DNA of 45,839 nt from Kiritimatiellia bacterium (lineage in GTDB: Bacteria > Verrucomicrobiota > Kiritimatiellia > RFP12 > UBA1067). Within the stretch, counting starts at the first letter, position 1. Each line of letters opens with the position of its first letter. The stretch spans positions 1 to 45,839 of the forward strand of contig CAAFYT010000089.1 in NCBI GenBank assembly GCA_900767325.1. Reading direction: 5' to 3'. Below the pieces are notes generated by a model. That model made no database searches and had not been told where the DNA came from. It saw only the letters and a program-made list of their open reading frames with translations. Shown here piece after piece: positions 7,605 to 16,529 of this stretch. Position numbers and translations under genes: made by a program.

Positions 7605-10600
7605 ATAGGATCCTCGCCGCCCTTCTGATCGGATCGTGCGTCTCGACCGCTGCGGCGGCCTCGGCGCTCCTGCCGGGTTCGATCGACTTCAACTCCCATG
7701 CGCTGTGGGGCAAGGAGGTCTTCTTCGGGCTGGACGACAACGGCTCCACGACGGGCGCGACGCGGTGGTATACGGGCGAGGAAACGCCGGCGGCGAGCAT
7801 CGTGAAGTACAGCGGGCTTGCCGCAGGCTGCCTCAAGACGGTCGCGGGCAGCGAGGTGCATCGGACGATTGCGGCGCTGTCGCGCGACGAGGAGCGCGGG
7901 CCGAAGCCGACGGGCGGCGTGGTCATTCCGCAGGACGGACTCTACATCGACACGCGGATCTCGATGACGGTCGGTACGCGCGTCATCGTCGACGCCACGC
8001 CGCTCGACAGCGAGAAGATCAGCTGCTTCCTGAGGACCGTCGAGGCGGAGGGCTCGACCGAATTCGTGATCCACGCGGGTTCCGCCGCGGGCGCGACGGA
8101 CTACGTCACGGATGCGAACGTGCTGCCGAACGTGGAGTTCCAGCTGACGTTCCGGGCGGTGCCGACGCCAGAGGGCGAGATCGTCTTCGAGGTGTTCGCG
8201 GATGGCGCGAAGGTCACGAGCGGCGAGACGGAGGCGTTTCCGAGCTTGCAGAAGGCGGCGGATTCGGACTATGCGCTCCGGCTCTATTCGCTTGGCGTGA
8301 GCGGCGTGGCGCGGGTGGACAAGATCAATTTCTCGAAGGTCGATCCGCGCGGCGACCCCGACTACGACAAGGACGACGTCTCGATGCTGCGCGAATCGGC
8401 GGAGATCACGGTTGCGAAGTATCCGCGGAACGGCGCGACGCTCTACGACTTCCCGATCCTGGTGCGCGTGACGGAGAGCGCGATCAAGGGCTTCCGCTAC
8501 GATCGCGCGGCTTCCAACGGCGGCGACATCCGCTTCACGGACGAGAACGGGCGCCTGATTCCGCACGAGATCGACGTGTGGGATCCGCTCGGCGAGTCGC
8601 TCATCTGGGTGAAGGTTCCCGTCTTCCGCTATGGCGCCAGGATCACGATGCACTGGGCGATCCAGAAGGGCACGGCGGCGCCGGTCGTGAACGCGAGCGA
8701 CGTGTGGTCGGACTACGCGGGCGTGTGGCACATGGGCACGCAGGCGCTGACGGTGTTCGGCGACTCCTCGGGCCATGGGCTCACGGCGCACGCGGCCGTT
8801 TCGCCCACGCAGGCGGCCTCGTCGAAGATCGGTCGGGCGGCCGAGATGGTCTGGGATCAGGGCGTGACCAACCTGACGGTCGAAGCGGCGTACAAGCGCT
8901 ATCTCGGCGAGAACGGAAACTTCACCTTCACCTCGTGGCACATCGCCCCGACGATCCCCGACAACCGCTTCGGCGCGTCCTCGGTCTTCGCGTTCGGCAC
9001 GCTCGAGAAGCTCGTCAACTCCCCGTCCGGATGGGGCGGCGGCAACCCGTGGGGCAAGGCGCACCTGACGTATCGCGCGGGCAACGGTGTGGATAGCTAC
9101 GTCGAGAACCGGTCGATCGCGGACGTGACGAAGAACTGGTTCCATTCCGCTTTCGTCAACGAGGGGGGCACCAACTACATCGCCTACCTGAACGCCGCGC
9201 CGCTCACCGGCTACGTCGGGCAGCGCAGCATCGTGCCGAACGACAATCCGCTGCGGTTGATGACCGAGGGCTTCTGCGCGGACGAGGTCCGCATCACGGG
9301 GAAGATCCGCAGCGCCGAGTGGATCAAGGCGGAGTACGAGCAGGCGCAGATCCGCAACTACCTGACCTACGGGAGCGGCAACGTCAAGGGAACGGACAAC
9401 TACTGGCTGGAGGAGCCGTACGTGGAGCCGAACGCCGTGACGACGGAAGACGTCGAGACGATGGAGTTCTTCGCGGGCGTTTCGCGCTATGGCACGCCGT
9501 TCCTGCAGTATTTCGACGCGGCGGGCAATCAGCTTTCGGAGCGGCCCACGACGGCGGGTGTCTACAAGGCGGTGGCGATCGTGAGCCCCGGCGTGCGCGA
9601 CGGGCTGCGCGTGGAGATGACGTTCGTGATCTTCGAGAAGCGGGCGTATCACGAGATCACGGGATTCGACCGGGTGATGCTCTTCAACTCCGACGATTCG
9701 GCGCAAAGCCCCGTGACGCTGCAGGGCTACTTCGATGTCGACGGCGCCACCAACCGCGTGTGGACTCACGAGGGCGAGGCCTGGACGGGGCAGGGGCGGT
9801 TCGTCCGGCCGGGAACGACGCACGTCTACCGCGAGCCCCTGACGCGGCGCGAGCTCTGGCGCTTCGAGCACGCGCGAATCGGCAACCTCTTCCGGAGCGA
9901 CGACGAGCTCGAGCCGGGGATGAACTTCCTGCCGTGGGGCGGTGCGGCGCGGCGCTTCGACGACTCGGAGATGCCGGCCAACGCGCAGCGCTACGCGGGT
10001 ACGCTGATCTTCCAGAACACGACGGATGCGCGGGCCACCTCGCCGCTTTACGCCGAGGGCGTCGGAACGGTGTACTTCGACGCGGTCAATGCGAACGGAG
10101 GCTATCGGAACGCGGTGAAAGTCCAGGTCTGCGGCGAAGATGCGGGAGGCGAGTGGGTCGATGTGCCGCTTGATGTCTTCGCCATCACCAATGGCGTTTG
10201 GTCGGAGTCGATGAGCACGAACCGGGCGATGGAGGCCGTGCTGGCGATGGAGAAGGCCGAAGGCACGACGAACTGGTTCTATCGCGTCCGCGCGACGGTC
10301 AACACCAACGAGGCGGTGCGCGTGAGGATCGTCCGCTCCGACTCGAACTGGAACGCCGACGACGAGGCGGATGGCGACGGGCTCGTCTCGATCGACAACA
10401 TCATCGTCTCGTATCCGGCGATGGGCATTGCGCTTGAGCAGTTCGGCGCGCCGGATGATCCGGGCAACCCCTACTTCCAGGGGTGGAGATCGCCGTTCGA
10501 CATCGCCTTCCCGGCGGTCGAGGACCTCGGCAAGATGCACGGGCAGGTGAAGGTCCGCTACATCACCAACAACACGAACCAGCTCGACAGCACGTTCGTC

Positions 10601-13600
10601 GGCGCGTTGACGATGAAGTACCGTTGGCGTTACCTGAATCAGGCGATCGGCGACTGGAGGGAACTGCCGCTCCACGTGAGCGCCGACGATCCGACGCGCT
10701 TCGTGACGGCGGATACGCTCGACGGCGATGGCCTGGGCGACATCGAGTACACCTTCGCGGCCACGGTCAATGCGCCGTTCTACGAGTATTGGGACTATTC
10801 AGGACTGCCGGGCTGGACATGGCCCGACAAGTACACGGAGCGGCGCGGCAATGTGCGGATCTCGGCGCTGGAGGACGGCGTCTACACGCCGAGCCACCTC
10901 TCGCCGGCTCTGGGAACGGACTACTTCATCCGCCTGCGTGCGGGGAAGAGCGATTACGAGGGCTTCCGGGTGCACATCCGCACGACTGATCCGGACGGCG
11001 TCACGAAAGACGAGGCCGTCTGGATGCGGCTCGCCGACGACCACATCTGGCGCGGGTTCTATCCCTCGCCCACGAATGGCGTCAACACGCTCCTCTACAA
11101 AATCGAGGCGATGAACCGCCAGCTCAACGCCGAGAGCGACTACCAGTGGTCGACCAACTGGTACCACGGCGCGAACAAGGTTTCGCTGCCGGTCAGCGAC
11201 GTGCTGGAGGAGGGCGAGACGTGGACGCGGATCCCGTGCGACGACATCGCCGGTTATCTGATGTTCCAATTCGAGGATGCGACGCATTCGCTCTCCGTCA
11301 TCCACGCGGACTACCAGAACTTCAACCTGTGGACGGATGCGAATCTGCCCGACGGAGACGCCTACGGGCACTTCATCGGCACGTCGGCGGATCTGACCAA
11401 GACCTCGGGCGTTGCGCGCACGGCCAGGCGGTACGACGATACGTTCGCGGGGCTGAAGGAGACGCAGTCCGAGAACGAGCTCTTCTGGGCGGAGCGCTTC
11501 AACGTGAACGACACGAACGGGATGTGGACGATCGAGAAGCCGTTCACGGGCAATGTCTCGACGCCGCGCGCCTGGACGGCCGGAAACGGCATGTGGGTCT
11601 GCGAGCGGTATCGTGAGTTTGGGGGGCCGACCAATTCGATCGCCTTGCAGATGAAGGGCGAGGGCTATGGCACGCTGATGTTCCCCCAGGGCTGCAATCC
11701 GTTCCCCAAGGGCATCGAGAGCTTCTCCTACTCGGCGCGCATCGCGCAGTCGTACGCGGACATCCGCTCGTTCAGCTACTACTCTGCCGACGGCGCGAGG
11801 GACATCGGCAACGGCACGTTCGTCGTGCCGTGCGCGATGACCGTCACGAACCGCCAGGGGTCGGTCGATTTCACGGGCGTCGGCGCGGTTTCGGCGCTGG
11901 CGCACTACCGCGTGGCGCAGGGCGGCTACGAGGCTCGGGTTGAGCGCATCCGCGCCAACAAGGTTCAGCTCGGGATCTACCGACGGCTGCCGGACGGCAC
12001 GGCGACGTTGCTCAAGCAGTCCGCGGAATTCGATTACCAGGGCACGGGATTCGCAGGCGGATTCGATTCGAGCGGGCAGATCGCCTTCGGCGCGCTCTTC
12101 ATCTCCTGCACGAACACGGCCTCGAGCGTCCGCATCACCGCCGGCATCCTGAGCAAGGGCAAGGCGATCAGCAACAGCAAGATGTTCGACGGCGTCAATT
12201 CCTACGCCAAGATCAGCTACGAGGATACGTCCGCGGGACGCTTCAAGAACGGCACGTATGGCGTCGGGTCGAAGGATTGCCCGGCGAAGTTCGTGCGGCC
12301 GATGTTCTCGCCCGCGCCGGTGAAGTGGACGGCTGACGAGACGACGGCGGAGACGCTCGCAATCGAGGAGCAGGTCTGCATCCGGACGGATTCCGATTAC
12401 GGGAACTGGGAGATCTTCAATCGTCTGGAGAAGTACGCGTATCAGGTTTCGCTCCGCACGTACTACGGTTTCGAGGCGCCGGTTCCCTATCAGTATCTCA
12501 TCGTTGAAACTTCGCCGCACACGAAGAACCAGTGGACGCCGATCGCCACGAACATCGTGAGCTCCTTCGCCTTCGAGAACTATGTGACGCCGGTGTTCGC
12601 GGCGGACGATACCGACATCCGCCTCACCACGGGCAGCGAATACGGCAGCTGCGACATCGTCATCGACAACGCGGTCGTTCGCCAGTGGCGCGGCGAGAAC
12701 TTCGACGACGGCGCGAACACGACCTACTTCTACGACATCGCGAACGGTGCGCCGACGAACTTCGTGTACACGACGGCGTGGATTTCGTCGCGGCACGAGG
12801 TTCTCCTCTCGCCGATGCGTACGACCGTCGACCAGATCGACGCGCATCGTCCCGCGGGCGTTCGCGCGCCGCTGATGGACGGGCGTTCGGGCCGCGGGCT
12901 GGGTCTCGGGTACTTCAGCGTGGCGTACCATGATGCGGATCCCCGTGCGCGATTGATTGTGCAGGCGTACACGAACGACGACGTGTCGGTGAACGTGCTC
13001 CGCACGATTTCGAAGTCGTTCGAGGGATGGACGGACATCGAGACCTTCAACTTCGCCGACATGACGGCAGACGAGCGCGCGAACGGCGTCATCTCGTGCT
13101 ACCTCGGGCAGCACGGCGTCAAGGGCGTGATGCGCGTGATCATCGACCCCGAGCTGGTGAAGGAGGCGCACGATCCGTCGTTCAACCCGGAGAACGACCC
13201 GGACTACGGCCGTGTGAGCATCGTGATGTCCAGCGCGAAGGACAATCCCGACCTGGACAAGGGCAGCTGGTGGGGCTGGAACCTGCGTACGACGAACGAT
13301 CCGATGAAGTGGCTGTTGGAGGACGGAACGCGCAACGACACGCGTGTGGAGGGGCTGGCCTTCGCGCTCAACAACTCGATTGCCGACGATGTGCGTTCGG
13401 ACGACATCTACGATCTGCACAAGCCGTTCCTGCAGACGCCGATCCTGACGACCAACTGCATCGGGGAGATTTCGTTCAAGGCGCGCAAGTACGATGTCAA
13501 CGATCCGTCGCCGACGGTCTCGATCTACGGCATGAAGGTCTACGATCCGACGGCAGAGGACGGCAAGTTCACCCTGCTGACCAATATCGTCGTCGATTGC

Positions 13601-16081
13601 GTCAGATACCAGCAGTTCTCCTGCCAGATGCCCATTTCGGAGGATTATTCGGCGGTTCGTCTGGCGGTGACGGGCGTCGAGGGCGTGGTGGGCGATGGCT
13701 CGGGGGATGCGGGAGGCCCGGTTCCGCCGTCTGGCCATGTGGAGCGCGTGCTGCTTGACGAGGTTATGGTATACGAAGCGATTCGCGCGCGTCTCGGGTT
13801 CTGCAACACAGGCGCGTTCCGCTTCCATCTCGATGACGATCGCCGCGTGCCGGATGTGCCGAGCCGGAACGAGCAGCCGTTGTGCGAGGAGTCGTGGGGA
13901 ATCCAGACCGAGCTTTATGCGGCGCAGCTTTCGGAGAAGATCGACCTGACGGATCCCGCTCATGCGCCGAAGGTGTATTTCAGCTGGTATGAGGGCACGG
14001 AGCCGTGGGGTTACGTGAACTGGGCGGGCAATCCGAACGCGAAGCGCGCCGAACTCGCGCGGGCGAGCGATTCGACGAACCTCGTGTTCCGGTCGGGCAT
14101 CATCTCTGCCCCGGCGGCCGTGGTGCCGGAGAGCCGCACGCCCGGAACGATCATCCAGTATTCGCTGGAGGTCGTCTACTACATGGAAGGGGAAGACATT
14201 CCGCTGACGAACGTGCTTTCGTCCGCGGATTGGGAGAAGCCCGAGTGGTACGAGCCGGTCGACTGCAATGCCGAGTACGGCCGGGACGGCGCCTTCGCCG
14301 CCTATAACATCTTGGATTCGGTCGCGCCGGGATGGGCGTGGATCAACGAGCTCAATATCTTTGGTAAGTACAATGAGGATAGCGAGAATTCCGACATCAA
14401 TAACCAGTATATCGAGATCGCGGCTCCGATGGAAGCCGATATGACCTCTTGGCAGTTGCGGCTCATGGTTCCGCAGACGGAGGATAACTCGGTCATCACC
14501 AACACCATTGCGGTCTTCGGGATGGACGACCTGCCCGGGAGAAAGAACGGCCTTCTCAACAACGCCTCGAACATGGTCTTTCACGTGGTGGCGTCCAAGG
14601 CCTCGAAGGCGACGCTGAAGCGCGAGGACGGCTCGCTCGACGGCATTTGGTATTTCCAGAACCCGGATGGCTCCGCGTTCTCGCCCGATGGCACGATTTT
14701 TGAGGCGCAGCCCTTCGGCGTCCAGCTCGTCCGACCAACGGGCATCGTGGAGCACGAGATCGTGGTCTTGGGAACGAATGTCTGGGGCTCGGCAGGGATT
14801 CTCGCTGATTTGTTCAATCCGACGAACGTCGCCAATTATCTCAATCGTCACATGCGGAACGCGAAGTTCGCCTATGTGGGGGATGATGACGGGGGCGAGA
14901 GGGCTTCGCTCAGCGTTTGGGATTCGCGTGGGGAGGCGTTCGATTTCTGGGATCGGACGATGATCAAGACCCCGGGTTCGATCAACACCTACGCGGATGG
15001 AACTCCGCAGATCATCGACCCCGTGCATCCCACGCCGATGGGGTCGTCGATCACCATCACCGCCAGTCTGGGCGGCGAAGGGCATCTCTACCAGACCTGT
15101 GGCGAGGCGGTCGATTCGAAGGCGACGCAGTTGCTCATCATTCCGAAGGGCTCGCTCTATGGAACGAACATCTTCTATCGCACGGACCGGTGGTACGAGA
15201 TGAAGTCGATCACCACGAATGGCGTCGAGGTTGCCTACGATTCCGATGGCGATCTGCTGTGGAAGGTGAACGTCGGAAGGGGAATGTCCAACAACTTCAC
15301 GGTCGTGGCGAGCGATATGATCCGAAAGGATCTGCAGGACTACGGCGTCACCGATGCGAATCGGTACAAACCGGCGATCATGGATTGGCTTTCGAAGGGG
15401 TGCGACATCTACGGCACCGCGTGGCCCGAGAGCGACGACGAGATCCACCTGGCCCAGATCATGAACCTCAAGGGCCAGATCGTGAAGCCGATGGACATCA
15501 CGATGATGTACTGGCTCGACATGTGTCCGACGATCGCCGAGCAGTATCTGATCGCCGGCTTCACCGGTTTCGTTCCCGAGCTGCCACGCCATCCGGCAGG
15601 CTACGACGAGCCGATCACCAATCGGCAATTGTCGGTCTATCTGGCGATTTCGAACGGCATGCATTGTCTCAAGGAAGCGCCGTATGTGATTCGCGGGCTC
15701 GAGATCGGGTCGAATTCCCACGATTACGCGACGAATACGATCCACTGGACGAACTGGACGAACGCCAACTTCAACATCAAGGGCATTCTGTGCAATCAGC
15801 TGACGAGACGGGATGATCCGAGCAACTGGGCGGCGTTGAGGGGATTCGTGTTCGACGCCCATTCGTTCTATCCCGCCGGGCACGAGAGGGAATTCCAGTG
15901 CGACATCGAGATCGGCGATCCCTTCGTGCCGTACAAGGGCAGCTACGTTCCCGAGTGGGCGGATTGGGTGAAGAAGTACCATGAACGGCCGAATTACTTC
16001 AACAAGTGGGATATCGACGAGGCGATGAGGGGCTTTTCGATCGAGGTGCTGAGGCCGGAGAACTTCTACGAAAACGAATAA
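7601..16081 (+). CDS. Giant 2826-aa secreted/lipoprotein-like protein: DUF2341 + LamG + multiple beta-sandwich modules + lamin-tail-like domain
   Basis: ATGA overlap with the upstream stop. Signal MNRILAALLIGSCVSTAAAASA (possible lipobox LIGSC). DUF2341-like YPRNGATLYDFPILVRV...DIRFTDENGRLIPHEIDVWD...LIWVKVP (~8400-8670). LamG-like DYAGVWHMG...EWIKAEYEQ (~8690-9360). LTD-like WAWINELNIFG...NQYIEIAAPMEADMTSWQLRL (~14331-14780). Confidence 0.9.
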   Translation: MNRILAALLIGSCVSTAAAASALLPGSIDFNSHALWGKEVFFGLDDNGSTTGATRWYTGEETPAASIVKYSGLAAGCLKTVAGSEVHRTIAALSRDEERGPKPTGGVVIPQDGLYIDTRISMTVGTRVIVDATPLDSEKISCFLRTVEAEGSTEFVIHAGSAAGATDYVTDANVLPNVEFQLTFRAVPTPEGEIVFEVFADGAKVTSGETEAFPSLQKAADSDYALRLYSLGVSGVARVDKINFSKVDPRGDPDYDKDDVSMLRESAEITVAKYPRNGATLYDFPILVRVTESAIKGFRYDRAASNGGDIRFTDENGRLIPHEIDVWDPLGESLIWVKVPVFRYGARITMHWAIQKGTAAPVVNASDVWSDYAGVWHMGTQALTVFGDSSGHGLTAHAAVSPTQAASSKIGRAAEMVWDQGVTNLTVEAAYKRYLGENGNFTFTSWHIAPTIPDNRFGASSVFAFGTLEKLVNSPSGWGGGNPWGKAHLTYRAGNGVDSYVENRSIADVTKNWFHSAFVNEGGTNYIAYLNAAPLTGYVGQRSIVPNDNPLRLMTEGFCADEVRITGKIRSAEWIKAEYEQAQIRNYLTYGSGNVKGTDNYWLEEPYVEPNAVTTEDVETMEFFAGVSRYGTPFLQYFDAAGNQLSERPTTAGVYKAVAIVSPGVRDGLRVEMTFVIFEKRAYHEITGFDRVMLFNSDDSAQSPVTLQGYFDVDGATNRVWTHEGEAWTGQGRFVRPGTTHVYREPLTRRELWRFEHARIGNLFRSDDELEPGMNFLPWGGAARRFDDSEMPANAQRYAGTLIFQNTTDARATSPLYAEGVGTVYFDAVNANGGYRNAVKVQVCGEDAGGEWVDVPLDVFAITNGVWSESMSTNRAMEAVLAMEKAEGTTNWFYRVRATVNTNEAVRVRIVRSDSNWNADDEADGDGLVSIDNIIVSYPAMGIALEQFGAPDDPGNPYFQGWRSPFDIAFPAVEDLGKMHGQVKVRYITNNTNQLDSTFVGALTMKYRWRYLNQAIGDWRELPLHVSADDPTRFVTADTLDGDGLGDIEYTFAATVNAPFYEYWDYSGLPGWTWPDKYTERRGNVRISALEDGVYTPSHLSPALGTDYFIRLRAGKSDYEGFRVHIRTTDPDGVTKDEAVWMRLADDHIWRGFYPSPTNGVNTLLYKIEAMNRQLNAESDYQWSTNWYHGANKVSLPVSDVLEEGETWTRIPCDDIAGYLMFQFEDATHSLSVIHADYQNFNLWTDANLPDGDAYGHFIGTSADLTKTSGVARTARRYDDTFAGLKETQSENELFWAERFNVNDTNGMWTIEKPFTGNVSTPRAWTAGNGMWVCERYREFGGPTNSIALQMKGEGYGTLMFPQGCNPFPKGIESFSYSARIAQSYADIRSFSYYSADGARDIGNGTFVVPCAMTVTNRQGSVDFTGVGAVSALAHYRVAQGGYEARVERIRANKVQLGIYRRLPDGTATLLKQSAEFDYQGTGFAGGFDSSGQIAFGALFISCTNTASSVRITAGILSKGKAISNSKMFDGVNSYAKISYEDTSAGRFKNGTYGVGSKDCPAKFVRPMFSPAPVKWTADETTAETLAIEEQVCIRTDSDYGNWEIFNRLEKYAYQVSLRTYYGFEAPVPYQYLIVETSPHTKNQWTPIATNIVSSFAFENYVTPVFAADDTDIRLTTGSEYGSCDIVIDNAVVRQWRGENFDDGANTTYFYDIANGAPTNFVYTTAWISSRHEVLLSPMRTTVDQIDAHRPAGVRAPLMDGRSGRGLGLGYFSVAYHDADPRARLIVQAYTNDDVSVNVLRTISKSFEGWTDIETFNFADMTADERANGVISCYLGQHGVKGVMRVIIDPELVKEAHDPSFNPENDPDYGRVSIVMSSAKDNPDLDKGSWWGWNLRTTNDPMKWLLEDGTRNDTRVEGLAFALNNSIADDVRSDDIYDLHKPFLQTPILTTNCIGEISFKARKYDVNDPSPTVSIYGMKVYDPTAEDGKFTLLTNIVVDCVRYQQFSCQMPISEDYSAVRLAVTGVEGVVGDGSGDAGGPVPPSGHVERVLLDEVMVYEAIRARLGFCNTGAFRFHLDDDRRVPDVPSRNEQPLCEESWGIQTELYAAQLSEKIDLTDPAHAPKVYFSWYEGTEPWGYVNWAGNPNAKRAELARASDSTNLVFRSGIISAPAAVVPESRTPGTIIQYSLEVVYYMEGEDIPLTNVLSSADWEKPEWYEPVDCNAEYGRDGAFAAYNILDSVAPGWAWINELNIFGKYNEDSENSDINNQYIEIAAPMEADMTSWQLRLMVPQTEDNSVITNTIAVFGMDDLPGRKNGLLNNASNMVFHVVASKASKATLKREDGSLDGIWYFQNPDGSAFSPDGTIFEAQPFGVQLVRPTGIVEHEIVVLGTNVWGSAGILADLFNPTNVANYLNRHMRNAKFAYVGDDDGGERASLSVWDSRGEAFDFWDRTMIKTPGSINTYADGTPQIIDPVHPTPMGSSITITASLGGEGHLYQTCGEAVDSKATQLLIIPKGSLYGTNIFYRTDRWYEMKSITTNGVEVAYDSDGDLLWKVNVGRGMSNNFTVVASDMIRKDLQDYGVTDANRYKPAIMDWLSKGCDIYGTAWPESDDEIHLAQIMNLKGQIVKPMDITMMYWLDMCPTIAEQYLIAGFTGFVPELPRHPAGYDEPITNRQLSVYLAISNGMHCLKEAPYVIRGLEIGSNSHDYATNTIHWTNWTNANFNIKGILCNQLTRRDDPSNWAALRGFVFDAHSFYPAGHEREFQCDIEIGDPFVPYKGSYVPEWADWVKKYHERPNYFNKWDIDEAMRGFSIEVLRPENFYENE

Positions 16082-16085
16082 GTGC

Positions 16086-16115
16086 TTGCATGGATATGTC
16101 AAAAAGTGCTAAAAT
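16086..16115 (+). promoter_or_regulatory. Sigma70-type promoter (-35 TTGCAT, 18-nt spacer, extended -10 TGcTAAAAT) just after the giant gene 2 stop
   Basis: TTGCAT 16086-16091, TG 16107-16108, TAAAAT 16110-16115. ATG 16123 lies 7 nt after the -10, with no SD. Confidence 0.55.
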
Positions 16116-16122
16116 ACGAACG

Positions 16123-16506
16123 ATGATGTTGAAGAGCTTGGCAGCGGCGATGCCATCCGTGGCGATGGTGTCGCTCGTTGGTTGCATCCTGATCGGGTGC
16201 AGTCGTGACGAGGGAGCGGCAACCGCCCCCGAAGACCCCACATCGCCGCGTAGTTATTTGAAGGACGAGGCCTTTATGAATACGGTCAAGGCGCAGAATG
16301 CCGAGCGGAAGAGCATTATGGCGAAGCGCGCCTCGGTGCAGCGCGAGTACGAGGCGGCCTGTGCGCAGGATCCGAATGGTGCGCGCGCCAAGGCGCTCAA
16401 GGAGGAGCTTGACCGTTGCGCGGCCGAATTCGAGGCGAACCGTCTCAAGACAACTGAAATTGTGCGCGAACGCCTGCGTCCGAAGGCAAACAACGAAACG
16501 AAGTGA
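16123..16506 (+). CDS. Small lipoprotein with a helical, coiled-coil-like body (hypothetical)
   Basis: MMLKSLAAAMPSVAMVSLVGC has the lipobox LVGC. The mature part is rich in K/E/A/R heptad-like sequence. In-frame ATGs at 16090 and 16096 are alternative starts, and the ORF is open from 16006. Confidence 0.65.
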   Translation: MMLKSLAAAMPSVAMVSLVGCILIGCSRDEGAATAPEDPTSPRSYLKDEAFMNTVKAQNAERKSIMAKRASVQREYEAACAQDPNGARAKALKEELDRCAAEFEANRLKTTEIVRERLRPKANNETK

Positions 16507-16529
16507 TTTCAAAGGAAACGAGGTCTACG

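Noticed and set aside
4770-16102. Very long minus-strand ORFs (4770-7583, 7565-10675, 10799-16102) antisense to giant genes 1 and 2
   Set aside because: The translations are Arg/Asp/Pro/His-rich low-complexity strings (RRRR, DRRD etc.), typical of shadow ORFs opposite GC3-rich genes. They have no signal peptides, motifs or SD/promoter context, whereas the + strand proteins have coherent domains.
16006-16122. Longer version of the small lipoprotein ORF starting at GTG 16006 (or ATG 16090/16096)
   Set aside because: A start at 16006 would overlap giant gene 2 by 76 nt and add a non-signal-like N-terminus. 16090/16096 remain possible alternatives but lie inside the predicted promoter, so I prefer 16123.
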